52,467 nucleotides of DNA from the IMG/VR virus record IMGVR_UViG_3300033153_006994, positions 1 to 52,467 of that record; one strand, written 5' to 3'. The notes beneath the pieces were generated by a model. The model worked only from the letters and a program-made list of their open reading frames with translations, ran no database searches and had not been told where the DNA came from. Shown here piece by piece: positions 28,193 to 38,205 of the stretch. Each line of letters begins with the position of its first letter. The first letter of the stretch is position 1. Source of the DNA: a virus (lineage: Duplodnaviria; Caudoviricetes). Position numbers and translations under genes: made by a program.

Positions 28193-29983
28193 TTACTCCT
28201 TCTGGTTATTTTTGCCATTGCCGCGAGTGCGATCTTTTGTTGAGTCTTGGAAAGTCGTGTCACGACTTTTAGCTTTCTCTGCCGAACCGGAATTTGCCGG
28301 ATCATCATCGAGATCAACAACCCCTCGTGAGGCTGCTCCTATAGGGGCTTTATCAATAACACCTTGATGATCTGCAATTGCTGCCACCCGTATAATATGA
28401 TCCTTACGTGCTTGAAGGTATTCATCTTTTGGGAAACCAAGAGCAATCGAAGCAAGTTGTTCACCAACAAGACCAGCGTCTTTCGCGGCGATGATTACTT
28501 CAGGATCGGCTGTTGTGAACCCAGCCGCATCAATTTCCTTCATGATTTTGGCAACCACATCGGGGCTCACTTTACCCCCAAGCAGAGTCATAATTGTTAC
28601 TTTCCATAGTTCTTTCCGAGCAGTCTTACTCGGTGTACCCATAATAACTTTGCTGAGTTTTCCCGCTTCTTCAATACGATCCTCGTCACTTTTAAGGCTA
28701 TACCGATCCGGATACTTGATAGTAGCAACTCTGCGATTTTTTATGTCAGCCGATTCGTAGGCAGCCCAAAACTCAGTGATTTGACGTTCTGCTGCTTCGA
28801 GTTTTAAGCCAATATAGGATAACCCAGCTTCGAGTCCACGATTATCCATTGCCTTGGAATCAGCCGAAGCTCGTGATGCGAGTGTTGAGACTGCGAGGCT
28901 TACCAATCGTCTGATATCACCTTCCATCTTTTCTTGGAGAGCCATAGAGGCTTTCAAAGGTTCACTTGAAGGATGAATGAAACCCGGACGATCAGTTTCT
29001 TTGTCATAGCGTCGACCTTGTGTCGTCCCTACTTTGATCTCCTTATCATGTGCGCCTTGACCACCTTGTGTAGCTGTTCCATCTGGATTGGCAGTCTGCT
29101 TTAGATGACTTCCCACCTTCCGCATGTCTGCTTGTTCAGTATAGAACGGAAAGTTAGCTTGGAGAGCATAATTCACATCCGATGACACCAGATTCAAAAG
29201 GGCGATCTGGTATTCACAGACATCAACCAGAAGACTCTGTCCAATACTGAGAAGAGTGAACGGAATTCTCTGCAATTGCATCCGAAGAGGACCAGATGGA
29301 TTACCATCACGATCAATAGGTTGATCATTCACATCGTAGAATTGAATCCACACATAACCATCATCGCCGATCCAAAGATACCGGTAACGAGTTGTTTCCT
29401 CAGTAGGAAGTCCTGAAGAACCATCATATTCAATCACAGTATCTCGTAAAAGCAATGATTTGAATTCAGAGGGATTCTCAGGATCATTACAAGCATAACT
29501 GAGAATGTCTTCAATTTTATAAGGATACACAAAAGGTCGAAAATTACCAATTTGAGCAAGTGTTGGTGAGGCTTGAATCTCAGGGGCATCTACGAAGATA
29601 CCAACTTTACCCATCACCAGTAGTTCTTCCAAAATTTCTTGACCCATAAAGGCATTCATGCTTGTGCCACGGCGGTCGATTCCCATCTTCTTGCCCACAA
29701 TTGCTTGATGGTAGGCGTCACTTCCGTCCCTACGAACAATGTCAATCATTGGTTGGTAGATGGCATTCCGAATATCTTTGATGGCTTCTTTAGCGAATGT
29801 CGGTATGGGGGTGATGTCTTTCCGTGTATTGAACTGAGCCGTTGTTTCCCGCGAAGTGAATTTCTTCAGATAGGCTTCCCGGAACTCTTCACCCCCTGCG
29901 TAAGTTAGCCGGTATTTTGCCCAATTGGATTGAATACCTAAGTAGCCTGGTATACGGTAGTCAATTATCTTCTTTGTGGCCAT
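28193..29983 (-). CDS. Portal protein
   Basis: 596 aa following TerL; GGEE, E...F..R, G.V...VD, IPF motifs of DUF4055/SPP1-like portals. Confidence 0.85.
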   Translation of the reverse strand: MATKKIIDYRIPGYLGIQSNWAKYRLTYAGGEEFREAYLKKFTSRETTAQFNTRKDITPIPTFAKEAIKDIRNAIYQPMIDIVRRDGSDAYHQAIVGKKMGIDRRGTSMNAFMGQEILEELLVMGKVGIFVDAPEIQASPTLAQIGNFRPFVYPYKIEDILSYACNDPENPSEFKSLLLRDTVIEYDGSSGLPTEETTRYRYLWIGDDGYVWIQFYDVNDQPIDRDGNPSGPLRMQLQRIPFTLLSIGQSLLVDVCEYQIALLNLVSSDVNYALQANFPFYTEQADMRKVGSHLKQTANPDGTATQGGQGAHDKEIKVGTTQGRRYDKETDRPGFIHPSSEPLKASMALQEKMEGDIRRLVSLAVSTLASRASADSKAMDNRGLEAGLSYIGLKLEAAERQITEFWAAYESADIKNRRVATIKYPDRYSLKSDEDRIEEAGKLSKVIMGTPSKTARKELWKVTIMTLLGGKVSPDVVAKIMKEIDAAGFTTADPEVIIAAKDAGLVGEQLASIALGFPKDEYLQARKDHIIRVAAIADHQGVIDKAPIGAASRGVVDLDDDPANSGSAEKAKSRDTTFQDSTKDRTRGNGKNNQKE

Positions 29984-30548
29984 GTTTGTGTTTCCTCAGA
30001 TAAGCAGCGGCGGCTTCTAATCTCTCAGGGTCATCATCTAAATGACCAATACCTATATTACAACCCTGACACAAAAGTCCACGAATCTTTCCAGTATCAT
30101 GATCGTGATCAATGGCGAAATTTTTCGCATCATGCCGTCCAGGATTCTCTGAACCACAAACAGCACATTTGCCACTTTGTTCTTTCAAGAGAGTGTCATA
30201 ATCTTCAACTGTGATGCCATACATTCGTTGGAGAGATGTCTCCCGAGTTTTATTCAAGTTGTACCTATCTTTTGAACTTACCGAGACACAAATTTTACAA
30301 TGAGAAGATAAACCTGACACCGTTGACATTGATGTATAGAATTCGGAGGCAGGTTTCTCCTTACCACATCTTGAACACTTCTTCGAGATAACTGGTAATG
30401 GGGGATTTGCTTTTCTTTTGGCATACATACATTTTTTCCGAACTGATTCGCACGTTTTACACCTTGAACTATAGCCGGATTTTTCTCGCCTGCAAACATA
30501 GAAATCTTCAAGAGGTTTCTCCTCACCACACTTCGTGCATCTCTTCAT
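29961..30548 (-). CDS. Endonuclease VII-type HNH homing endonuclease
   Basis: Two KxCxxC zinc knuckles, YGIT...QSGKCAVC, IDHDHDTGKIRGLLCQGCN. Confidence 0.92.
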   Translation of the reverse strand: MKRCTKCGEEKPLEDFYVCRREKSGYSSRCKTCESVRKKCMYAKRKANPPLPVISKKCSRCGKEKPASEFYTSMSTVSGLSSHCKICVSVSSKDRYNLNKTRETSLQRMYGITVEDYDTLLKEQSGKCAVCGSENPGRHDAKNFAIDHDHDTGKIRGLLCQGCNIGIGHLDDDPERLEAAAAYLRKHKHGHKEDN

Positions 30549-30560
30549 GGATACCTCTGA

Positions 30561-32249
30561 CTATAGAAAACGTTTAACATCTTCGCCGCTAGTGAGACTC
30601 GCCGCAAATGGCAAGGCAATTTCACTATACACGCGAGCAAGAGCAAAATGATCTTCGCCTGTACTGATGTACCTTGAGACTAAGTTATCTGTTTGTCGCT
30701 TTTGTTTCTCCTCAACCGAACCTTCTCTCACATACGTTCGGATCGGAGCCTGAATGTGTTGACGGTACTCCATTGACACATCCCGAGGAAGCATAATTCT
30801 ACGTGGTTGTCGAAATCGACCGAGAGCGGCACTGAACCAGTTCGATCGATCCACTGTTGCTATCGGACTGAAGTTGTCGTCATCACTTACCGAAATCTCT
30901 TTTGCTGTGACACCACGGCGAAATCGACACAACCACACATAACCTGGGAAGCGACGAGCGAATCTTCTGGCTTCCATTACTTGAGGGTCGGCGTCGACTA
31001 CGCAAGCTTGAATTTGCCATTCTCGCATCATCTCATCAAGGATATTCCAATCTTCTTCGTGAAACTTGGTCTCATAGAGCACCTTAGCGGTGGCAGCTAC
31101 ATTAAGGTCGTTGGCATATTGATCAAAGAAGTACTCGGTGACTTCAATGAAATTCCATTTTCCTTGATCGACACCCATGGTGATAATTCGGTTACCACCA
31201 ACAGGTCTTACGTCTTCTTTTGAGTGACTTGCAAGGCAAGCTTCCACATCATCTTCAGTGATCTTGGCACCATCACCAATATAGGGATGTCCAAGTTTTG
31301 AGTTGTGAAACTCGACATTGGCAGCTTCGTCGCCGAAACCCTTGAAGTGAGCAGTGACTAATTCACCAGGACTAACTGTGAAAGAGTACAACTGAGAAAT
31401 GGCGAAGCCTCGAATATCCGGGTTACCATTCTGATTGCCAACTTCCCACTTAGCCTTGCCAAGCCAATCAGGCTTGGCTTGTTGCTCCAATTTCCCACCA
31501 CACTCCTTGCACTTCAGGTAGGATTCGTGGCAGCGTTGATCATGGACACCTTCGCCAATGATCTCGATGCAGTCGGGCCAGACGAGTCTAGTTAGACGAC
31601 TACAACAGGGACACTTGAAGATAAAGTTCTCTTGGGTTGAATCCTGGAACAATTTATGGATGCCAAAATTCGGCACAGTTGGTGTGGAGATACCCCACAC
31701 CGTTTTGCTGAGTTGTCCATCCAAACGAGTCAGAGCTAAGTTGATAGCTTTCTGACTCATCTCGTCCAGTTCATCCAGTAGCAATACACTGACTGGAATC
31801 GACTTCAAGTTGGCATCACCACGACTACCACGAATGTAGAGCGTATTGGCACCTGCTTGCTTCAACTCAATCGAATTCACATCCGTGAAAAGGTGACTGA
31901 GGTATGGACTCAACTTGAGAGCGGTATTGAAACGTGACTTTGAGAAGTCACTAGCATTACGACTAGTAGGGAGAACGTATAATACGTCCTTCTGAACCAT
32001 GTCAAGTGTATAGAACGCCAAATTGATGAGTATCTCTGTGATACCTAATTGGGCTCCCTTCATCGCGTAGTTGAAGGAAGCCGTGGAGTTGTGCATTTCC
32101 TTGACCCATGGGTGATGCCTAGCGGAATAACCTCCGGAGAAGTCACCTCCCATGATTCTACGGTGAGCCGCCCATCGCAAGCAATTAGTAAGCGATTGAC
32201 TTTGTAAGCCTTCCGCAATTGTCTTCCTGAGTTCTTGCATCAAATCCAT
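30561..32249 (-). CDS. terL: Terminase large subunit, lambda GpA-like
   Basis: KGAQLGITE Walker A, LLDELDE Walker B, ISTPT, CPCC/CKEC, GVDQG nuclease, DHFALA. Confidence 0.92.
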   Translation of the reverse strand: MDLMQELRKTIAEGLQSQSLTNCLRWAAHRRIMGGDFSGGYSARHHPWVKEMHNSTASFNYAMKGAQLGITEILINLAFYTLDMVQKDVLYVLPTSRNASDFSKSRFNTALKLSPYLSHLFTDVNSIELKQAGANTLYIRGSRGDANLKSIPVSVLLLDELDEMSQKAINLALTRLDGQLSKTVWGISTPTVPNFGIHKLFQDSTQENFIFKCPCCSRLTRLVWPDCIEIIGEGVHDQRCHESYLKCKECGGKLEQQAKPDWLGKAKWEVGNQNGNPDIRGFAISQLYSFTVSPGELVTAHFKGFGDEAANVEFHNSKLGHPYIGDGAKITEDDVEACLASHSKEDVRPVGGNRIITMGVDQGKWNFIEVTEYFFDQYANDLNVAATAKVLYETKFHEEDWNILDEMMREWQIQACVVDADPQVMEARRFARRFPGYVWLCRFRRGVTAKEISVSDDDNFSPIATVDRSNWFSAALGRFRQPRRIMLPRDVSMEYRQHIQAPIRTYVREGSVEEKQKRQTDNLVSRYISTGEDHFALARVYSEIALPFAASLTSGEDVKRFL

Positions 32250-32287
32250 GAGTCATCTCATTATGTTAGTTCCGATACCAACTTAAC

Positions 32288-32638
32288 TCAGTCGTCGAGT
32301 GCGATCTTAGGATCGCATGTTTTTTCATCCTTTACTTCTTCCTCGTCAACTTGCTTGTCAGGAAGGCTCTGAGTAGTTTCCCCATCAATTTCACGAAGAG
32401 CGTCTTCATCCTCATCTTTGGGTGCAACGGCTTCCTTCAGATACTGCATCTCGCCAATGGCAAGACCACGTTCGTCCAGAGCGACCGCCAAAACTTCGAC
32501 TTCCTCTTCACAGACGTTATCCGGGAGTTCCATCTCGAAGGATCGGTGAGAAGAATCCAGTACCTTGACGCAATCACCCTCGGGTGTGCTCACGAGTACC
32601 TGGATGGTGTGTTCAACATGGGGAAGGTCAATTTTCAT
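32288..32638 (-). CDS. Hypothetical acidic protein
   Basis: Start MKIDLP after tandem AAAGGAAACC repeats; E/D-rich. Confidence 0.55.
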   Translation of the reverse strand: MKIDLPHVEHTIQVLVSTPEGDCVKVLDSSHRSFEMELPDNVCEEEVEVLAVALDERGLAIGEMQYLKEAVAPKDEDEDALREIDGETTQSLPDKQVDEEEVKDEKTCDPKIALDD

Positions 32639-32809
32639 TGGGTTTCCTTTGGTTTCCTTTGGGTTTCCTTTGGTTAGCTTGAACAAATTGATTGTAGTCT
32701 TCGATTCTTTAAGGCTCTCCTGCCCAAACAGAGCCCTAAAGGATCGACCCTACACAAGGCAGGGTTGACCCGGTATGTGATAACCCACTCTCGGATTAGT
32801 AAATGGTAA

Positions 32810-33217
32810 TTATCCCAGAAGAAATGGCAGAATCCAGGCGAGTATTTTCACCAAAATTGTAACCAAGAGAATGATATCACTCGTCCTCTCAATCTCTATG
32901 CCGTCTTCTAAGACCACAAAAGTTGGTGTCTGCGTGATCCGATATTTGCGTGCCAAATCAGGCTGCTCGTAGATATCAATCTTGGTAACTTTCAAACCCT
33001 GCTTCCGCATCTCTTCAACACGCAGCATAGCTCGCTCGCAGGGAGGGCAACCAGGCTGAGTGAAAAAGAGTACTTCCCGCGTTAGCTCTGGTTCTAGGTC
33101 CGGCACCACGATTTCGGGAGGAGCCACAGGGGATTGTTCCGGAAGTTCAATTGTGACACCAGTACAGCCCATACAGAGACACGCGAGCAAAATAACGGGT
33201 AGGAAGTGCCTTTTCAT
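32810..33217 (-). CDS. Lipoprotein thioredoxin with C-terminal hydrophobic segment
   Basis: Lipobox-like LCMGC; FTQPGCPPC; TPTFV; C-terminal IILLVTILVKILAWILPFLLG. Confidence 0.8.
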   Translation of the reverse strand: MKRHFLPVILLACLCMGCTGVTIELPEQSPVAPPEIVVPDLEPELTREVLFFTQPGCPPCERAMLRVEEMRKQGLKVTKIDIYEQPDLARKYRITQTPTFVVLEDGIEIERTSDIILLVTILVKILAWILPFLLG

Positions 33218-33227
33218 CGGAACCTCC

Positions 33228-33734
33228 TTACGGGGCCACTACGGGCTCGACAGGGGCGACGGGAGCCGGGGCGACGGGAGCCGGGGCGACGGGAGCCGGG
33301 GCGACGGGAGCCGGGGCGACGGGAGCCGGGGCGACGGGAGCCGAGGCGACGGGAGCGGCAGGGCTCAACATCCGCTCGACGGATTCCAGTTCCGATCTGA
33401 CAAGGGCACGTCCCTCTTGGGTGGCAAGCTTCATCTTCATAAGGTTGTCGAACACGTCCGACAGGTCAGCCAGAATGTCCTTGTCATTGCCCCGTAGTTT
33501 CTCAACTACCATAGCCATCTTGGAAAACATCCCGCTATAATCTCCAACGGCATAGTCCTGAAAAAGTTGAGCCATGGACTTGAAACCCATCGCAGTCAGC
33601 TTAGCAGATAGTTCGATGGCCTTACGCCGACGATCTTCAATCTCAGTATCTTTACGGAACAGCCATCTCGCTGCGAAATAACTGGCAGCAATGGCAAGAA
33701 CAATACAAACGATGTGCATCAAGGATAGAGTCAT
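33228..33734 (-). CDS. N-terminal TM helical protein with (APVAP)n tail
   Basis: IVCIVLAIAASYFAA TM segment; AAGGAG SD before ATG at 33734. Confidence 0.7.
   Translation of the reverse strand: MTLSLMHIVCIVLAIAASYFAARWLFRKDTEIEDRRRKAIELSAKLTAMGFKSMAQLFQDYAVGDYSGMFSKMAMVVEKLRGNDKDILADLSDVFDNLMKMKLATQEGRALVRSELESVERMLSPAAPVASAPVAPAPVAPAPVAPAPVAPAPVAPAPVAPVEPVVAP
33252..33357. repeat. 15-bp tandem repeat GGGGCGACGGGAGCC, about 7 copies
   Basis: Direct read; encodes APVAP. Confidence 0.9.
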
Positions 33735-33761
33735 TTGTCTCTCCTTCAAAAGTTAGCCCAC

Positions 33762-34012
33762 TTAAAAATTCAGAGTAGGCGAAGTGTAATGTTTCTTAAC
33801 GAACGAATCACGAACTCTTGCGGCTTCTTCTGGTGTATCAAAGTGCCCAAGAACAATTTGTTTCTTAGCTTTATTTGCTTGGGCCACCCAGTGACCTCGA
33901 AATCAAGATACACCTATAAAGCCACTGGTGATATTTGAAAACTTTCGACGATTCTCAGCTTGAATAGTTCTGGTAGCCCATCGACAATTTTGAGGTGAAT
34001 ATCCCTTGGAAT
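33762..34012 (-). pseudogene. HNH-AP2 endonuclease remnant
   Basis: KGYSPQNCRWAT...SGFIGVS*F...LGHFDTPEEAARVRD; internal TGA at 33903-33905; no intact N terminus. Confidence 0.8.
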
Positions 34013-34094
34013 CGGTGCCACATTCACAAGCTAATGGTACCTTTAAGAAAAGGTTCACCAATAACTGTCCACCATCCAAACTTGTCGCCTATCT

Positions 34095-34748
34095 TCATAG
34101 TTTACTCAATTTGGGACCAGGTTTCATGTGCTCCGCTTTGTACTCTTGAACGAAGCCAAAGGCTCCACCGCCAAGAGCACCGAGGGCTACCAGAAGCAAC
34201 CAGAGTTTGGATTCTTTTTCTGGTTCCGGTTCATCAAGTACCGGAGGACCAACAGGCGGCTCAACGGGTGTATCGACAACCACAGGCGGCTTGGGTTTGG
34301 AATGTTGCTTGTAAGGACACAGCTTGTTCTGTCTGTGCCGTCTAATACAACCCCAACTCGTTTTGTTTTGCAAGTCATCTTTGATACCGCGATAGAGAGT
34401 TGTTGAAGCAGACGGAATGTTGTCGCCCCAAAACTCTGACACTACAAGACCCTTCTCATTTTGGAGTCGGATACACGGCAAGCCAGGCATGTCCTTTGCG
34501 TAGCGTTGGTATCGGGCTTGATCAGGGGTGTACTTGTTGAATCGCACTTGGGTCTTCAGTTTCCTAAGACCCTCATCAGTCGCGAGCCACGCTTGTAGCT
34601 CAGTGAACTTCGCGTCTTCAGCTTCACCAAAGACTGTCAAATACCATGCCCCCTGGTCTTGCGGCAGGTTGACCATTCGCTCTTCAGTAGCAAAAGCCGA
34701 CACCGCGAACGCCAAGAGACACGTCAGTGTCAAAAGGATTCGTTTCAT
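34095..34748 (-). CDS. Exported protein with Pro linker and C-terminal TM anchor
   Basis: Signal peptide ...AVSAFA; PKPPVV/PPVGPP linker; LWLLLVALGALGGGAFGFV. Confidence 0.7.
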   Translation of the reverse strand: MKRILLTLTCLLAFAVSAFATEERMVNLPQDQGAWYLTVFGEAEDAKFTELQAWLATDEGLRKLKTQVRFNKYTPDQARYQRYAKDMPGLPCIRLQNEKGLVVSEFWGDNIPSASTTLYRGIKDDLQNKTSWGCIRRHRQNKLCPYKQHSKPKPPVVVDTPVEPPVGPPVLDEPEPEKESKLWLLLVALGALGGGAFGFVQEYKAEHMKPGPKLSKL

Positions 34749-34765
34749 GGGTTCCTCATTGAAGG

Positions 34766-35548
34766 TTAGAGTTGGACTGCGACCGCTTCGGGGATCAGGT
34801 CCAGGTTCAGGGGATCAATAGCTTCAGTAATGATGCTGGAAATCGACGTCGTGGTAGATACATCAGTCGTGGTAATCTTCAAAGGAAGACCATCAGTCGG
34901 ACGAACGTAGTAAACGCTTGTACCAGCCGCATAGATAGTTCCCACAGTGACACCACCCCAGGTAATAGCGAGAGCACCACCACCTCGTGTAGTCTCGACA
35001 ACACCCACTGTCGTTGTACCTCCAGTCAGTGATGTACCATCACCAACCAGCATATCAACATTTGTTCCGGCAAGAGTTCCTTGGAATTCAATAATCCAGT
35101 CAGTTGCTGGACCTGGACCACCTGTTACAGCGACAAGATTGATACCAGTCAACAATTCCAATGCAGACTTAACATCCGCTGCGGCGGCATCAAAGGCAAT
35201 TCCCGCTGTTGTTTCAGTACCGAGAGATAAAGTGAATGTTCCACCAGAGCTTGCGTTGTCAATCGAAACCGTCTGAACTTCGTTGTCACCACTCAAAGTA
35301 TCTACGACAACAGTAAGTTTGTGTAGATGACCTTCCAGAACACCCGGAATGTATCGCTCGGCGTAACTTCCGGCAGCAACAGCAGACGCATCCAGGAAAG
35401 TAGCTGCAATGGTAAAGTTGCTAAGAGTCCACTTGGAATCAACAGCAACAGGGACAGGAGTGACCACAGGTCGCATCGGAACACCGTGTACATCGTCGCC
35501 AGCATCCCATTGTGTCTCGTAGGTAATCGTCATTGTCATTGTCCTCAA
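34766..35548 (-). CDS. Virion decoration-type protein with NEVQT...GGTFTL domain
   Basis: Contains the same domain as the insertion in tail tube protein 2. Confidence 0.65.
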   Translation of the reverse strand: MRTMTMTITYETQWDAGDDVHGVPMRPVVTPVPVAVDSKWTLSNFTIAATFLDASAVAAGSYAERYIPGVLEGHLHKLTVVVDTLSGDNEVQTVSIDNASSGGTFTLSLGTETTAGIAFDAAAADVKSALELLTGINLVAVTGGPGPATDWIIEFQGTLAGTNVDMLVGDGTSLTGGTTTVGVVETTRGGGALAITWGGVTVGTIYAAGTSVYYVRPTDGLPLKITTTDVSTTTSISSIITEAIDPLNLDLIPEAVAVQL

Positions 35549-36147
35549 TCAAAGGGTAGGGGTGGTGGAGGGCTGGCCAAAATTGGTGTCACTGCCCAAG
35601 AGCCGGAACTAAGCCAATCTGCCATGAACTCATCCCGCTTCACCCACTTGAAGTTTTCAGGGAAGTTGTTGTCCAAGATGCAGGCATACTCATCGTCAAG
35701 AGCCACCAGCATCACCATGTGGGCTCGGTTCCGTACCGCGACTCCACATCCTCTTCGCGTTTCACAAGCCCACTCAAGAAAGGACACATCGTTCTTCCTA
35801 GATGTATAGGCGTATCGAATACCGGCAGCATCCATCTTGTCGGCTAGGGCTGATGCGTACTCACCATCGGCATAATTTGCTTTCCAGTAATCTGCCATCT
35901 CGAACTGACCTTGCCATCGAAGCAGCATAATTATCGTACTGTGTACACAACTACCCTCCCCTTGTGGTCCCAGCCAATTGTGTTCACGGAAGATCATTTC
36001 AAGGTTGACTGTTGGACGCTCCACTTCGTAATCTGGGTAATCGTAATTCTGTCGAAAAATGCTCGGAGTGATATTGAAACCCAGGTCGATTGTGATTTCT
36101 TGCTCACATCCTGCAAACAATAGCAGAAGAATCAAAAGTCTTCGCAT
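35545..36147 (-). CDS. Lipoprotein, papain/C39-like cysteine peptidase
   Basis: Lipobox LLFAGC; GSCVH, AHMV, ILDNN candidate Cys-His-Asp/Asn catalytic residues. Confidence 0.7.
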   Translation of the reverse strand: MRRLLILLLLFAGCEQEITIDLGFNITPSIFRQNYDYPDYEVERPTVNLEMIFREHNWLGPQGEGSCVHSTIIMLLRWQGQFEMADYWKANYADGEYASALADKMDAAGIRYAYTSRKNDVSFLEWACETRRGCGVAVRNRAHMVMLVALDDEYACILDNNFPENFKWVKRDEFMADWLSSGSWAVTPILASPPPPLPFD

Positions 36148-36713
36148 CGGAGTCTCCTTGCTCGTTTTAGAATGCCTTTTCTGCGTTCATAACGGATCAA
36201 GCGGTTTGGATTCCATCGTGAAGCACTACTAGTCTGTAAGAGACCGATTCTCGCATGGGCAGCAGCAACCAACTCGCTACAAAAAATATAGTTCAGGTCT
36301 TCGCCACTGAATCTTGACTCCAGCCAAGATAAACCATGAGTAGCAGATCGCATTCCACCATGCAAATCGTAAAGGGTGCCAACCTTCTCAAGCAAGAATT
36401 CATTCAGCCTATCAAACTCAAAACTAAACAGAGGTCGATAGAGTGGATAGTGGTAGACTCGACCATTATATGATTTGACTCTGTCCGCCAATCGGACACC
36501 TTGTACACCCTTAAATGGCTTTTGTTGAATGACACAAGGGATATCGCTGAGTGTCGTGGACTCAAAGAGTAGTTGTTCGCCTTCATACTCCCCTATAATG
36601 CCAACGTGACTCGCCCAGAAGAATGGCCAGCCAAATGTCACAAGATTTACGATAATACTCTTGTGACCAAAGCCACTAAAAGCTACGATGTCACCTGTCT
36701 TGATCTCTGCCAT
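36132..36713 (-). CDS. Permuted papain-like NlpC/P60 (YiiX/YebB-type) enzyme
   Basis: GDIV, SHVGI, G..YD, FCSELVAAA in permuted order. Confidence 0.85.
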   Translation of the reverse strand: MAEIKTGDIVAFSGFGHKSIIVNLVTFGWPFFWASHVGIIGEYEGEQLLFESTTLSDIPCVIQQKPFKGVQGVRLADRVKSYNGRVYHYPLYRPLFSFEFDRLNEFLLEKVGTLYDLHGGMRSATHGLSWLESRFSGEDLNYIFCSELVAAAHARIGLLQTSSASRWNPNRLIRYERRKGILKRARRLRCEDF

Positions 36714-37150
36714 GGTAGTCTCCTATGCACAAGCAAACTCCCAACAAGTTCTTGTCTCAAACTATCAAGAGCAATGGCAGCCTCAGTAACAGTGTCATGG
36801 TATCCGGCGAAGTGACTTTTGCCATTAGTTTGTATTTGACTATAGTATTTATCCCGACGTTTATCAAGATAGACACCTTTAATACCAGTCGAAACTGCTC
36901 GAAGATTTGACCGACAATTATTGAGAGGATCTCGATCTTTGTGATCAATTGATTTTGTGTCAAGACCCATATGTTCAGCAATTACCCGATACATCAGTTG
37001 GAGTCTTGTTCTACCATTGGACCAAATACCCCGTACTGGACGATAATGCCATCCATCCCAGGATGCACACCACTTCCACTATATCAGATACTCGTAATCG
37101 ATATCATCAACGAGAGCAATTTGCCCTTGAGTCAGTTCGATTGTCTTCAT
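36683..37150 (-). pseudogene. HNH-AP2 endonuclease remnant
   Basis: MKTIELTQGQIALVDDIDYEYLI*WKW (TAG at 37079-37081), IDHKDRDPLNNCRSNLR joined directly to TGIKGV (internal deletion). Confidence 0.85.
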
Positions 37151-37422
37151 TCTTCATCCAGAGATAGTGTTTGATTCGTTGACTTCGTCCATGCCAACGT
37201 TCCTGGTCCCTAGCATAGCATTCTGAACAACGATCCTCGTTGCTAAATTGAATCGGCTGTCCACATATGCACAGCTTGGGAATTTCCACAGAGATACCTC
37301 AATAATAAATACGGCTACCCGAGGAGACATAATCCAGACCATTGACCTTAGTCGTGTCGCTGGGATCGGGATCACCGCATGGGTATGAATACACTACATC
37401 GTATACAACGCAGTGGGATATT

Positions 37423-37989
37423 TTAGGGTGATGGAAGGGCGAGGTTGTTTGGTATGTTGTCAGCATGGCGAATAGTATTGATGAGACGACTAGTGATGCG
37501 ATCAATAATCTCTTCGTAATCTTCGATACCTTCGAGTTCATCTATGACGATCTCGACCATCTCTTTGGCAAGAGATAAGACTGCATGTCGTGCTAGAAGT
37601 TCGCCAAGGTTCGTCTCTATCCGGTGACAGGAGTTGACCAACTTTTCCATCGTCTGGATGAGTTGGTTCAGGGGACCACAACCCATGATGAGATCGGCAT
37701 CGTCCTTGATGAGATTCCATCTTTTCTCAATCAACATGTGCGTAAGGGATATGGCATCATGGAGTTCTTTGACAGGTTCAAGTGTATGTGACAAACCAGC
37801 TAAGCGAGTCATATCATCAGCCTTCGCCAACATGAATCCACGTTTTTCATGGATTTCAGTCATGTCCCGACCACCGTGGACTTCGCAGTAATCGCTGCCG
37901 GTCACTGAAAAGTTGCGACATTGGCCATCCGGAGCCTTCCCTTGGCAACGTCGTGGGTCTGAAAGATCAGTAACTCGCTGCATAATCAT
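37423..37989 (-). CDS. Putative terminase small subunit (HGG-type zinc motif)
   Basis: RCQG...QC...YCEVHGG then helical region; first gene of the late operon. Confidence 0.6.
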   Translation of the reverse strand: MIMQRVTDLSDPRRCQGKAPDGQCRNFSVTGSDYCEVHGGRDMTEIHEKRGFMLAKADDMTRLAGLSHTLEPVKELHDAISLTHMLIEKRWNLIKDDADLIMGCGPLNQLIQTMEKLVNSCHRIETNLGELLARHAVLSLAKEMVEIVIDELEGIEDYEEIIDRITSRLINTIRHADNIPNNLALPSP

Positions 37990-38205
37990 ACCCCATTTAA
38001 GGTGTGCATCTCTCCCTCTACTATATAATAGTCAACAAAATCCACCCGAAAAACAAAATCTTTTTTGAAAAATATCAAAAATAGTCAATTTTAGCCAGAA
38101 TAATCCGAATTCGACCCTCAAATCCAAGAATTGTGTCGCCTACGTCTAAAAACGGTGGTAGACTTCATAGAGGGAATAATCAAAACAACCATGGAGGCGC
38201 GATCA

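Noticed and set aside
33060-33497. Plus-strand ORFs with RGDGS or GRREP repeats
   Set aside because: Antisense shadows of the APVAP-coding repeat
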